From positions 341,496,001-341,560,000 of the forward strand of contig OZ024740.1 in assembly GCA_964016885.1 (NCBI GenBank): DNA of 64,000 nucleotides, given 5' to 3'. This document shows positions 44,050 through 58,940 of this stretch, piece after piece. The notes below the pieces were generated by a model that saw only the letters and a list, made by a program, of their open reading frames with translations, was not told the origin of the DNA and ran no database searches. The position numbers and the translations under genes were made by a program. Source of the DNA: Eledone cirrhosa (Eukaryota). The first letter of the stretch is position 1. Each line of letters starts with the position of its first letter.

Positions 44050-47000
44050 TATGTCACATTTTGACAGTAACAAAATACAGGTGTGAGGTATGACAGGTGT
44101 TGACAGTAAAAACACACAGGTGTGAGGTATGACAGGTGTTGACAGTAAAAACACACAGGTGTGAGGTATGACAGGTGTTGACAGTAACAACTCACAGGTG
44201 TGAGGTATGACAGGTGTTGACAGTAACAACATACAGGTGTGAGGTATGTCATGTGTTGACAGTAACAACACACAGGTGTGAGGTATGTCAGGTGTTGACA
44301 GTAACAACTCACAGGTGTGAGGTATGTCAGGTGTTGACAATAACAACACACAGGTGTGAGGTATGTCAGGTGTTGACAGTAACAACACACAGGTGTGAGG
44401 TATGTCAGGTGTTGACAGTAACAACTCACAGGTGTGAGGTATGACAGGTGTTGACAGTAACAACATACAGGTGTGAGGTATGTCAGGTGTTGACAGTAAC
44501 ATACAGGTGTGAGGTATGTCAGGTGTTGACAGTAACAACATACAGGTGTAAGGTATGTCAGGTGTTGACAGTAACAACATACAGGTGTGAGGTATGTCAG
44601 GTGTTGACAGTAACAACTCACAGGTGTGAGGTATGTCAGGTGTTGACAGTAACAACACACAGGTGTGAGGTATGTCAGGTGTTGACAGTAACAACACACA
44701 GGTGTGAGGTATGTTAGGTGTTGACAGTAACAACTCACAGGTGTGAGGTATGTCAGGTGTCGACAGTAACAACACACAGGTGTGAGGTATGTCAGGTGTT
44801 GAAAGTAACAACTCACAGGTGTGAGGTATGTCAGGTGTTGACAGTAACAACATACAGGTGTGAGGTATGTCAGGTGTTGACAGTAACAACTCACAGGTGT
44901 GAGGTATGTCAGGTGTTGACAGTAACAACACACAGGTGTGAGGTATGTCAGGTGTTGACAGTAACAACTCACAGGTGTGAGGTATGTCAGGTGTTGACAG
45001 TAACAACTCACAGGTGTGAGGTATGTCAGGTGTTGACAGTAACAACACACAGGTGTGAGGTATGTCAGGTGTTGACAGTAACAACACACAGGTGTGAGGT
45101 ATGTCAGGTGTTGACAGTAACAACTCACAGGTGTGAGGTATGTCAGGTGTTGACAGTAACAACATACAGGTGTGAGGTATGTCAGGTGTTGACAGTAACA
45201 ACTCACAGGTGTGAGGTATGTCAGGTGTTGACAGTAACAACATACAGGTGTGAGGTATGTCAGGTGTTGACAGTAACAACACACAGGTGTGAGGTATGTC
45301 AGGTGTTGACAGTAACAACATACAGGTGTGAGGTATGTCAGGTGTTGACAGTAACAACACACAGGTGTGAGGTATGTCAGGTGTTGACAGTAACAACACA
45401 CAGGTGTGAGGTATGTTAGGTGTTGACAGTAACAACTCACAGGTGTGAGGTATGTCAGGTGTTGACAGTAACAACACACAGGTGTGAGGTATGTCAGGTG
45501 TTGAAAGTAACAACTCACAGGTGTGAGGTATGTCAGGTGTTGACAGTAACAACATACAGGTGTGAGGTATGTCAGGTGTTGACAGTAACAACACACAGGT
45601 GTGAGGTATGTCAGGTGTTGACAGTAACAACACACAGGTGTGAGGTATGTCAGGTGTTGAAAGTAACAACTCACAGGTGTGAGGTATGTCAGATGTTGAC
45701 AGTAACAACACAGAGGTGTGAGGTATGTCAGATGTTGACAGTAACAAAACACAGGTGTGAGGTATGTCAGGTGTTGACAGTAACAACACACAGGTGTGAA
45801 GTATGTCAGGTGTTGACAGTAACAACATACAGGTGTGAGGTATGTCAGGTGTTGACAATAACAACACACAGGTGTGAGGTATGTCAGGTGTTGACAGTAA
45901 CAACACACAGGTGTGAGGTATGTCAGGTATTGACAGTAACAACACAGAGGTGTGAGGTATGTCAGGTGTTGACTGTAACAACACGGAGGTGTGAGGTATG
46001 TCAGGTGTTGACTGTAACAACACAGAGGTGTGAGGTATGTCAGATGTTGACAGTAACAACACACAGGTGTGAGGTATGTCAGATGTTGACAGTAACAACT
46101 CACAGGTGTCAGTTATGTCAGGTGTTGACAGTAACAAGTCACAGGTGTGAGGTATGTCAGGTGTTGACTGTAACAACACGGAGGTGTGAGGTATGTCAGG
46201 TGTTGACTGTAACAACACAGAGGTGTGAGGTATGTCAGATGTAGACAGTAACAAGACACAGGTGTGAGGTATGTCAGGTGTTGACAGTAACAACACACAG
46301 GTGTGAAGTATGTCAGGTGTTGACAGTAACAACATACAGGTGTGAGGTATGTCAGGTGTTGACAATAACAACACACAGGTGTGAGGTATGTCAGGTGTTG
46401 ACAGTAACAACACACAGGTGTGAGGTATGTCAGGTATTGACAGTAACAACACAGAGGTGTGAGGTATGTCAGGTGTTGACTGTAACAACACGGAGGTGTG
46501 AGGTATGTCAGGTGTTGACTGTAACAACACAGAGGTGTGAGGTATGTCAGGTGTTGACAGTAACAACACAGAGGTGTGAGGTATGTCAGGTGTTGACAGT
46601 AACAACACACAGGTGTGAGGTATGTCAGATGTTGACAGTAACAACTCACAGGTGTCAGTTATGTCAGGTGTTGACAGTAACAAGTCACAGGTGTGAGGTA
46701 TGTCAGGTGTTGACAGTAACAACATACAGGTGTGAGGTATGTCAGGTGTTGACAGTAACAACACACAGGTGTGAGGTATGTCAGGTGTTGACAGTAACAA
46801 CTCACAGGTGTCAGTTATGTCAGGTGTTGACAGTAACAAGTCACAGGTGTGAGGTATGTCAGGTGTTGACAGTAACAACACAGAGGTGTGAGGTATGTCA
46901 GGTGTTGACAGTAACAACATACAGGTGTGAGGTATGACAGGTGTTGACAGTAACAACTCACAGGTGTGAGGTATGTCAGGTGTTGACAGTAACAACACAC

Positions 47001-50000
47001 AGGTGTGAGGTATGTCAGGTGTTGACTAACAACTCACAGGTGTGAGGTATGTCAGGTGTTGACAGTAACAACACACAGGTGTGAGGTATGTCAGGTGTTG
47101 ACAGTAACAACATACAGGTGTGAGGTATGTCAGGTGTTGACAGTAACAACTCACAGGTGTGAGGTATGTCAGGTGTTGACAGTAACAACACAGAGGTGTG
47201 AGGTATGTCAGGTGTTGACAGTAACAACACACAGGTGTGAGGTATGTCAGGTGTTGACAGTAACAACATACAGGTGTGAGGTATGTCAGGTGTTGACAGT
47301 AACAACATACAGGTGTGAGGTATGTCAGGTGTTGACAGTAACAACACACATGTGTGAAGTATGTCAGGTGTTGACAGTAACAAGACACAGGTGTGAGGTA
47401 TGTCAGGTGTTGACAGTAACAACACAGAGGTGTGAGGTATGTCAGGTGTTGACAGTAACAACACACAGGTGTGAGGTATGTCAGGTGTTGACAGTAACAA
47501 CACACATGTGTGAAGTATGTCAGGTGTTGACAGTAACAAGACACAGGTGTGAGGTATGTCAGGTGTTGACAGTAACAACACAGAGGTGTGAGGTATGTCA
47601 GGTGTTGACAGTAACAAGACACAGGTGTGAGGTATGTCAGGTGTTGACAGTAACAGCATACAGGTGTGAGGTATGTCAGGTGTTGACAGTAACAACACAC
47701 AGGTGTGAGGTATGTCAGGTGTTGACAGTAACAACACAGAGGTGTGAGGTATGTCAGGTGTTGACAGTAACAAAACACAGGTGTGAGGTATGTCAGGTGT
47801 TGACAGTAACAACACACAGGTGTGAGGTATGTCAGGTGTTGACATTAACAACACACAGGTGTGAGGTATGTCAGGTGTTGACAGTAACAACACACAGGTG
47901 TGAGGTATGTCAGGTGTTGACAGTAACAACACACAGGTGTGAGGTATGTCAGGTGTTGACAATAACAACACACAGGTGTGAGGTATGTCAGGTGTTGACA
48001 GTAACAAGACACAGGTGTGAGGTATGTCAGGTGTTGACAGTAACAAAACACAGGTGTGAGGTATGTCAGGTGTTGACAGTAACAACACACAGGTGTGAGG
48101 TATGTCAGGTGTTGACATTAACAACACACAGGTGTGAGGTATGTCAGGTGTTGACAGTAACAACACACAGGTGTGAGGTATGTCAGGTGTTGACAATAAC
48201 AACACACAGGTGTGAGGTATGTCAGGTGTTGACAGTAACAAGACACAGGTGTGAGGTATGTCAGGTGTTGACAGTAACAAGACACAGGTGTGAGGTATGT
48301 CAGGTGTTGACAGTAACAAGACACAGGTGTGAGGTATGTCAGGTGTTGACAGTAACAACACACAGGTGTGAGGTATGTCAGGTGTTGACAATAACAACAC
48401 ACAGGTGTGAGGTATGTCAGGTGTTGACAATGACAACACACAGGTGTGAGGTATGTCAGGTGTTGACAATAACAACACACAGGTGTGAGGTATGTCAGGT
48501 GTTGACAGTAACAAGACACAGGTGTGAGGTATGTCAGGTGTTGACAGTAACAAGACACAGGTGTGAGGTATGTCAGGTGTTGACAGTAACAAGACACAGG
48601 TGTGAGGTATGTCAGGTGTTGACAGTAACAACACACAGGTGTGAGGTATGTCAGGTGTTGACAATAACAACACACAGGTGTGAGGTATGTCAGGTGTTGA
48701 CAATGACAACACACAGGTGTGAGGTATGTCAGGTGTTGACAGTAACAACACACAGGTGTGAGGTATGTCAGGTGTTGACAGTAACAACACACAGGTGTGA
48801 GGTATGTCAGGTGTTGAAAGTAACAACTCACAGGTGTGAGGTATGTCAGGTGTTGACAGTAACAACACACAGGTGTGAGGTATGTCAGGTGTTGACAGTA
48901 ACAACACACAGGTGTGAGGTATGTCAGGTGTTGACAGTAACAACTCACAGGTGTGAGGTATGTCAGGTGTTGACAGTAACAACACACAGGTGTGAGGTAT
49001 GTCAGGTGTTGACAGTAACAAGACACCGGTGTGAGGTATGTCAGGTGTTGACAGTAACAACTCACAGGTGTCAGTTATGTCAGGTGTTGACAGTAACAAG
49101 ACACAGGTGTGAGGTATGTCAGGTGTTGACAGTAACAAGACACAGGTGTGAGGTATGTCAGGTGTTGACAGTAACAACACACAGGTGTGAGGTATGTCAG
49201 GTGTTGACAGTAACAAGACACAGGTGTGAGGTATGTCAGGTGTTGACAGTAACAACACACAGGTGTGAGGTATGTCAGGTGTTGACAGTAACAACACACA
49301 GGTGTGAGGCATGTCAGGTGTTGACAGTAACAACTCACAGGTGTGAGGTATGTCAGGTGTTGACAGTAACAACACACAGGTGTGAGGTATGTCAGGTGTT
49401 GACAGTAACAAGACACAGGTGTGAGGTATGTCAGGTGTTGACAGTAACAACATACAGGTGTGAGGTATGACAGGTGTTGAAAGTAACAACACACAGGTGT
49501 GAGGTATGTCAGGTGTTGACAGTAACAACATACAGGTGTGAGGTATGTCAGGTGTTGACAGTAACAACATACAGGTGTGAGGTATGTCAGGTGTTGACAG
49601 TAACAACTCACAGGTGTGAGGTATGTCAGGTGTTGACAGTAACAACATACAGGTGTGAGGTATGTCAGGTGTTGACAGTAACAACATACAGGTGTGAGGT
49701 ATGTCAGGTGTTGAAAGTAACAACACACAGGTGTGAGGTATGTCAGGTGTTGACAGTAACAACACACAGGTGTGAGGTATGTCAGGTGTTGACAGTAACA
49801 ACACACAGGTGTGAGGTATGTCAGGTGTTGACAGTAACAAGACACCGGTGTGAGGTATGTCAGGTGTTGACAGTAACAACTCACAGGTGTGAGGTATGTC
49901 AGGTGTTGACAGTAACAACACACAGGTGTGAGGTATGTCAGGTGTTGACAATAACAACACACAGGTGTGAGGTATGTCAGGTGTTGACAGTAACAACATA

Positions 50001-52331
50001 CAGGTGTGAGGTATGACAGGTGTTGAAAGTAACAACACACAGGTGTGAGGTATGTCAGGTGTTGACAGTAACAACATACAGGTGTGAGGTATGTCAGGTG
50101 TTGACAGTAACAACATACAGGTGTGAGGTATGTCAGGTGTTGACAGTAACAACTCACAGGTGTGAGGTATGTCAGGTGTTGACAGTAACAACATACAGGT
50201 GTGAGGTATGTCAGGTGTTGACAGTAACAACATACAGGTGTGAGGTATGTCAGGTGTTGAAAGTAACAACACACAGGTGTGAGGTATGTCAGGTGTTGAC
50301 AGTAACAACACACAGGTGTGAGGTATGTCAGGTGTTGACAGTAACAACACACAGGTGTGAGGTATGTCAGGTGTTGACAGTAACAAGACACCGGTGTGAG
50401 GTATGTCAGGTGTTGACAGTAACAACTCACAGGTGTGAGGTATGTCAGGTGTTGACAGTAACAACACACAGGTGTGAGGTATGTCAGGTGTTGACAGTAA
50501 CAAGACACCGGTGTGAGGTATGTCAGGTGTTGACAGTAACAACTCACAGGTGTCAGTTATGTCAGGTGTTGACAGTAACAAGACACAGGTGTGAGGTATG
50601 TCAGGTGTTGACAGTAACAAGACACAGGTGTGAGGTATGTCAGGTGTTGACAGTAACAACACACAGGTGTGAGGTATGTCAGGTGTTGACAGTAACAAGA
50701 CACAGGTGTGAGGTATGTCAGGTGTTGACAGTAACAACACACAGGTGTGAGGTATGTCAGGTGTTGACAGTAACAACACACAGGTGTGAGGCATGTCAGG
50801 TGTTGACAGTAACAACACACAGGTGTGAGGTATGTCAGGTGTTGACAGTAACAACTCACAGGTGTGAGGTATGTCAGGTGTTGACAGTAACAACATACAG
50901 GTGTGAGGTATGTCAGGTGTTGACAGTAACAACACACAGGTGTGAGGTATGTCAGGTGTTGACAGTAACAACTCACAGGTGTGAGGTATGTCAGGTGTTG
51001 ACAGTAACAACACACAGGTGTGAGGTATGTCAGGTGTTGACAGTAACAACATACAGGTGTAAGGTATGTCAGGTGTTGACAGTAACAACATACAGGTGTG
51101 AGGTATGTCAGGTGTTGACAGTAACAACACACAGGTGTGAGGTATGTCAGGTGTTGACAGTAACAACTCACAGGTGTGAGGTATGTCAGGTGTTGACAGT
51201 AACAACACACAGGTGTGAGGTATGTCAGGTGTTGACAGTAACAACATACAGGTGTAAGGTATGTCAGGTGTTGACAGTAACAACATACAGGTGTGAGGTA
51301 TGTCAGGTGTTGACAGTAACAACACACAGGTGTGAGGTATGTCAGGTGTTGACAGTAACAACACACAGGTGTGAGGTATGTCAGGTGTTGAAAGTAACAA
51401 CTCACAGGTGTGAGGTATGTCAGGTGTTGACAGTAACAACATACAGGTGTGAGGTATGACAGGTGTTGAAAGTAACAACACACAGGTGTGAGGTATGTCA
51501 GGTGTTGACAGTAACAACATACAGGTGTGAGGTATGTCAGGTGTTGACAGTAACAACATACAGGTGTGAGGTATGTCAGGTGTTGACAGTAACAACTCAC
51601 AGGTGTGAGGTATGTCAGGTGTTGACAGTAACAACATACAGGTGTGAGGTATGTCAGGTGTTGACAGTAACAACACACAGGTGTGAGGTATGTCAGGTGT
51701 TGACAGTAACAACTCACAGGTGTGAGGTATGTCAGGTGTTGACAGTAACAACACACAGGTGTGAGGTATGTCAGGTGTTGACAGTAACAACTCACAGGTG
51801 TCAGGTATGTCAGGTGTTGACAGTAACAACTCACAGGTGTGAGGTATGTCAGGTGTTGACAGTAACAACTCACAGGTGTCAGGTATGTCAGGTGTTGACA
51901 GTAACAACTCACAGGTGTGAGGTATGTCAGGTGTTGACAGTAACAACTCACAGGTGTCAGGTATGTCAGGTGTTGACAGTAACAACATACAGGTGTGAGG
52001 TATGACAGGTGTTGAAAGTAACAACACACAGGTGTGAGGTATGTCAGGTGTTGATAGTAACAAGTCACATGTGTGAGGTATGTCAGGTGTTGACAGTAAC
52101 AACTCACAGGTGTGAGGTATGTCAGGTGTTGACAGTAACAACTCACAGGTGTCAGGTATGTCAGGTGTTGACAGTAACAACACACAGGCGTGAGGTATGT
52201 CAGGTGTTGACAGTAACAACACACAGGTGTGAGGTATGTCAGGTTTTTGACAGTAACAACTCACAGGTGTCAGGTATGTCAGGTGTTGACTGTAACAACA
52301 CACAGGTGTGAGATATTTGTATGTCAGGTGT
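44050..52331. repeat. 39-bp minisatellite, about 212 units
   Basis: Consensus gacagtaacaacacacaggtgtgaggtatgtcaggtgtt. One 36-bp unit (~44500) and one 37-bp unit (~47025). Confidence 0.97.
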
Positions 52332-53454
52332 GCTATGAACCATAGCTTCTCATATAGTATCCCTTCCCATATTTTGTGTTGTTACTGTGGAATGTAACCC
52401 CTTCATAATGGTGCTCCCTTCTGTCATGTTGTGGCATTGTTGTTAGTTAGTTTGGCTAATGATTTCAAGTAAGTGAGTTTGATTCCCATTTGTATGTTCT
52501 CTCCTTCAGCAAGACACTTTATTTCAATATTACTACTGTGCATTCACCTGGAAATATTTGTGTTGTAACTGTATTTTGTAGCTCAGTTTTTGTCACACAC
52601 TGTTTCATACTGAATCTCCCTGAGGACTATGTCATGTATACATTTTTCTGTAAAATGCTCAGCCATATGCACATTAATTTCATTGTTTGAATAACTGGAA
52701 CAATTATTATGAGAATCACACTCATACAGACACACACACAGACACACATAAATACATACATGCACATACAAACACACACACTTAGACCCACAAACACTCA
52801 TATGCACTGACACACACACTCACAGACACAAACACACACATACAAACACACACACTCCGATACACAAACACACACACATACACTCACACACACACTGACA
52901 GACACACACAAACATTCACACACACTCAGACACAGAAACACACACACACATGCACATACACACTAGCTCGCAGACATACACATTCACACACACACAAATG
53001 CACACACATACAAAAAAACACACACAGACATAAACCCACATGTACACACACATTCACACACAATCATATACACACTGACACACACACACTCTCACAGACA
53101 CACACACAAACACACATATAAACACTAAGAGATACAACCACACTGTCCAGTTTCACCTCTACATATCAATACACTTTCCTTCCCCCATTCTGTATGTTGT
53201 TCTTGTTTCATCTATCTCTTACACTGAGGCGTTTCTTCCTCTACCTTGTGACACAACCTTAATAGAGTTGTTATTACTGTTTTATATTATTGGCTCTTTA
53301 GCTGCAATTAAGTTGAGTCACTCCAGGTAGAGCCACTACTTTGGAGGAATTTAGTAATTGGGGTTCCTTCAAGGGGTCTTTGGAGTAATGATACTTGATA
53401 GAGTGCGTAACTTGGAGATCAGAGAGTCACTCCAGATAGAGCTGATACTTCTCC

Positions 53455-53700
53455 GAATTGAGAGATTACAGCTCCGATACTATGGACATGTGGTTAGAAT
53501 GTCTCAGGAAAGAATCGCTGGATAGATTTTATGGAGACCTAGGGGTAGACCCCGAGGAAGATAGTTGGATAACATCCATGAGCTTGGCTGGTCACGCTTA
53601 GGGATCCAGCTGGATCAGTTGGAGACGGCTGCTTCTGACAGAACCTGCTGGAAGGAGTGTTTGAGGACTGCCCCCACGGCCCTCCTAGGAATAAGTGGGT
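53455..53700 (+). pseudogene. RTE-like LINE C-terminal fragment; another at 63440-63735
   Basis: IERLQLRYYGHVVRMSQER..PRGRPR..; VESVLLSGSETWTL..RLRLAGH. Confidence 0.6.
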
Positions 53701-55304
53701 TTCAATTTCTGTGTGTAATTTAACATAAGTATACTATACTCACACATACACATGTACACACTCAGACATACATGTTCAATCACATGTACCACAGATACAC
53801 ATGCACACATGCCCTCACATAGCTATAAAAACATGCACACTTACACATATACTCACATGTGTGCAAACATGCAAGTGCAGTCATGCTGACAGACCTAAAG
53901 TGCAATATGTGTGAGCATTTTTTTTTGTGTGTGTGTTTTACATATGTACTAGACCACCCGTGACCTGTTGGGTCATATTCACTTAAAGATATTTTTAAAA
54001 ATCATGTTCACTTAAAAATAATTTTTAAATAATTAAAATATACACAGACATGTATATAATGTAAAATGAAATTGGCAGGCCTATATATATAACAGTAATG
54101 TTATATAGATGTAACAGTAATGCTATATTCGATTAATTGAATCATCTCTCTCTCTTCCATTTTCCTTCTCTGTCTCTCTCTCTCCCTCTCTCTATGTCTC
54201 TCTTTCAATCTACTCTCTCATAACCACTATCTCTTTCTCTCTATCTTTCTCTATCTCTATTTATGAAGGTACCCCGAAAAAATCCTGTATCTCGGGAACC
54301 AGTGCTCAGATTTACGAGAAACTTGTTTTATTCCATTTGCATTCCCATGTCAGGGGCAACTTCCTTTCAAAGTATTTTCCCATTATGCACAATGTTGGCT
54401 GTATTAAATTACAGACTAGCACACAACCACAGAGTTTTAGTAGTATATAGATGTCTATTTACACATGCACACAAGCTTAAGCACATAGATGGAGACCAAG
54501 AAGCACACATATACTAACATATGCATGCACACATACACACATCACACACCACACACACATCCTCTCCACACACACATCCCACACACACATCCCACACATC
54601 ACACACAGGCACACATCACACACATATACAACATACCACACACATTACACACCACACCCACATATCAGACACACCACACACATCACACCTACACACCACA
54701 CACAATACATACACACTAGCCAGTTAGTAACATCAGATAACTATTTCATTAATATATATCAGTAATGGCAGTTATCTAGGATGGGTGTTTATCAGTAATT
54801 TAATGGTCATAGTTGGTCATAGCTGGTCATAGTTTCACTGCTCTGACGTCATTGGGCTTACTCTCTTTTAATGTAGTTTTTACTTTAGAGAAAAACATAG
54901 GATGGTCACAATTGATCATTGATTAGTCTGCTGGATCAGAGCTAACCTCAGGCTAAACAACCACAGCAAGGATAGATACATTATCTAATGTAGACCCTAG
55001 GTACACTTTGTGGTTCAGGGACAACTGAAGGACAAATGTCTTCCATCATCATCATCATCATCATCATCATAATTTCAGGTCTGTTTTTCCTGCTAGCAAG
55101 AGTTAGGTGTGTCTTCACAATCAAGACCTTACTTAAACAGGGCTACTGATTTCTTAAATAGTCTGGGGGCCTGCATCTTGCTTATATATGATCCAGCGCT
55201 TTCCCAAATGCATTTTATTATGACACTAGTACAAGGAATATTGTCATGTCTTTGACACAACTGAAGGGTCCTCTCAACCCTTTGTTTAGCAAACCCTTTA
55301 TTCA

Positions 55305-55933
55305 TTACTAGCAGTGGTATCCGACATTGCACAGGATAAGGTATTTTGGAACACGGGCCGCCAACAGACCTAATCATGGAAAAACTGCATGCCTGGACAA
55401 TATGTAAAGAAAATAAACCGAATACTCTGATGGCTGAATAATCTTTAAGATTTTCCTCGATGAAGCAGGAAAAATGCAGGTTTTCACCTAATGCGGGCCC
55501 TAGGGAATCAAGTAAATGAATTTTTTTTATGTGCATAATATGCCTTGAAATTTCGGCTAGACATAATGCCTCAAAAAAGCCCTAAAAAGCTGAAAAAATG
55601 AAGTTTTTCACCTAATGCGGGCTCTAGGCCATAAAAAAGTTGGATTTTCTTTGCTCACGGTATGAAGAAGAGACTGACTAAACATAGTTACAATTTCAAG
55701 GAAATCGGTCTGCTGTAACATCTAAAAAAAAAACCTATAAAGCTGAAAAAACGCAGTTTTTCACCTAATGGATCAAAAAGTTGAATTTTATGTGCATAAC
55801 ACTCCATGAAACATAAGTAATACACATGTAAAGTTTGAAAAAAATTGGTTGGGTACTTCTCGAATTTTAGGGATTAAAACTCACACACACACACACACGC
55901 ACAGACAGACATCTTCAGTTTTATATATATAGA
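55305..55933 (+). mobile_element. Helentron/HINE-like non-autonomous element with three internal subrepeats; similar element at 53948-54452
   Basis: Starts tactag and ends ttttatatatatagat after a (CA)/(CAGA) tract. ttttcacctaatg occurs three times. Confidence 0.45.
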
Positions 55934-55958
55934 TTATCAAACAGTTGTGGTTAGCAGT

Positions 55959-56087
55959 CAGTGCCGAATTTAGGACAAATGAGGCCCTGTGCTAGTTAAG
56001 TTATAGCTATGAGGCCCCTGAAAGAGGTAAAATATCTTTTTGGCAGGAAGATGCCCAGCCCCCTGGCCAATGGTAAATCTGGCACTG
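55959..56087. mobile_element. hAT (Tip100-like) MITE
   Basis: TIRs cagtgccgaattta / taaatctggcactg with a perfect 8-bp TSD ttagcagt. Confidence 0.85.
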
Positions 56088-57671
56088 TTAGCAGTATACT
56101 TCATTTCACTCCTAAGTAAAGACACAATTTTATTTATTTCACCTGGGATCAATATTTGGTTATAGCGTAGCTATGTGGCTAAAATGTCAGCTCAGCCACC
56201 GTATTGTTCTGAGTCTGAACATACATAAAGTACATTGGGTGACCTCTACTTAATGCGCTGTGAGTGAAATTTGGTTGCTGAAAATTGTGCAGAAGTATAT
56301 CAAGTACTTGTATGTGTGGGTATATGTGTATGTCCCATGTATAATCATACCTAGAATCAGCCAAACATTAACTGAATTAGCAGAAAAATCACTCTTCGAG
56401 CAGTGTGCATATTGATATTATACGTAAATATATATGCATGTAGATATGATATGTCAAATAAAATCCTAATTGACAATATGCACAGAAATTGAAGAGAGAT
56501 TGTGTTACACTCTCTTCTGTAATCAGTAAAGTAATCCATGATACGTTTAAAAAAGACAATATTATATATAAACTACATTACGGTGAAATGTAATGAAAAT
56601 GAAAAAGGAGAAAATTAGTGTCAGAAATATAAACATTATGATATAACGATGTAAATATATGAACGTTTATATAAGCGATATGATATAGCGTACGTCATAT
56701 CATAACCAGAAGTATTGACATTTGAAAATTTTAAAAGAAGTGAATCTTAAAATAAGCAATCATTATATATAAGAATATTTATATAAGAAACCATTATATA
56801 TAAGAATATTTATGTTTAATCAACAGCTACGAAATTTAGTACATAAATTATGTCATATTCATTATTTATTCAAAGTAATCTAATTTATTTTACTAACGGG
56901 ATAAAAAAAATATTCAGGACACAGTGCTGCACTCCTCCCTTTATTATATTATGATGAGCACTCAATACATTTAAGCAGAGATTTTGAAATTTTGGTTGTA
57001 ATGAAGTTAAAGCTAAAAATGTGGTTATAGGTATTTTGGAATCAAAAAGGTTAAATATAAAAATTTGCTTGAGAAATTAGTAAAATTTGGTGAGAGACAC
57101 AAAATTTACAAAATTCCTAAACTTTTCAATAACATATCCTGTGTCACTGGTCATATGTGTAATAATTGTACACAGAGTGGTCAAATCTCAAATATATTTC
57201 ACAATCAAATTACTAAATTAATAAATAGAAAAGATAAATATCATATTACATCTCTAATTATGTGCTTAATTGTACACTGAGAAGTGTTAAGTCTCAAATA
57301 TACTTCATAATCAACTATTGATAAAACTGATCAGATTCAACCCTTTAACATTTACATTACTCTATATTTAATATTATATTTTCATGGTAAAGGCTTTATC
57401 TCACATAATATCGAATCTGAGATTTTATTTTGAGAACAATACCTTAACATAAGTATGAGCAGCTGGTTACGCTTGGTTTGAACAGAAAGAGGCGAGATAT
57501 GGTTGGTTTAAATGTAATATGATATTTATCTTTTTTATTTATTAATTTATTAATTTGATTGTGAAATATATTTGAGATTTGACCAATCTGTGTACAATTA
57601 TTACAAATTCTGTCAATGCAATAATAGTAATATTAAATGTTACCTTGCTTGATACAGAATAGCTGGTTTAA

Positions 57672-57927
57672 CCCTTTAGCATTTAAACCATCCGTGTTTG
57701 GCCAAAATTATCTCACCCCTTTCTGCTCAAACCGACTGTAACTGGCTGTTCGTACTAATGTCAAAGTATTGTTCTCAAAATGAATATCAAAATCTCATAG
57801 ATTCGATATTATGTGAGATAATTATATGAGGTAAAGCCTTTACCATGAAAATATAATAGTAAATATAGAATAATGATTTCTTTATTGGCCACAAAGGTAA
57901 ATATAGAATAATGTAAATGCTAAAGGG
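57672..57927. mobile_element. piggyBac-type MITE; copies at 61811-62028, 62636-62856 and a truncated one at 57342-57514
   Basis: TTAA-ccctttagcattta...taaatgctaaaggg-TTAA. Confidence 0.8.
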
Positions 57928-58940
57928 TTAAGATGGTATTAAATAGAATGTATTGTTGAACAAAAGCATACAATGATGAAAACATAGAAATAAGGGATTA
58001 AAATAATAAACAGGAAGGGAGAAAATAGACAAAAAATATTAAATAATGGAAAAAGGGAGGCGGATAGGAGGAACAAATAAACTCCACATCCTTAGTTAGG
58101 CAGTATATCTTAGCTGCACCAGTGCAGACAAAATAATGAATTCCTCAGGCAGGATGCACTTTTCCCAGGACCAAGAATACCTGGGATTTTGACAGCGACT
58201 GACATGAAAAGGAAGAAGTTGGTCAAGTCCCGGTTTGTGGATGTCTTCTATTTCTGTGTTATGAGCGGCAGTTTGTTGCTTTGTGGCCGAAGTGACAAGG
58301 TTGGAATTAGAGAATGTATCGTAAGATGTGGCGTCTCAGATTAGAGACTGAATCAAAGCCAGACATTTTTGGAATATTATGATAAAATCATAGATACTTC
58401 TTCTTGTAATCCCACCATGTGTGAAATTGGCAAGTGAAAAGTTATCAAGTAGGATACTGAGAGTAAAACCTTCCAATACAATCACCATCTGTTGTTGATT
58501 GTTGCTATGTTTGCTGCCTGCCTTCTTAGCTATGTGAGCAGAAAATCAAGGATCACAAAGAATTTTGGTAGTAAAAAAAAAAAAAAATACCACACCCCAT
58601 TGATATATTGCTATGGCAACCCGACACTGAGCTATATTTATAACCCCCTACAGATTGCTTAGAAATCAAATATCCTACTGAATCGCCATTGTTCATTCCT
58701 CCGTTACCAATACTACCAAGTTCCTAAAGTGTTGCCAGAAATTGCCTTCTAAATACTATTGCTAACCTAATGGAGACTTTAATCTTTCCTGCAGTTGAGT
58801 ATAGGTGAGACCAGCTATATGCATTTTTGGGAATAATACTTGTACAAATATTTGTATGGATTTACAAATAATCTATATATATTCCCCCTTTTCAATGTCT
58901 TTCCACCACTCCCTCTCAGAACTTTTTTCCTTCCCACCTT

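Noticed and set aside
44050-52331. CRISPR-like array or zinc-finger gene (HRCEVC repeats)
   Set aside because: There are no unique spacers, only 1-3-nt variants. The CxxC frame lacks C2H2 His spacing and has several stops.
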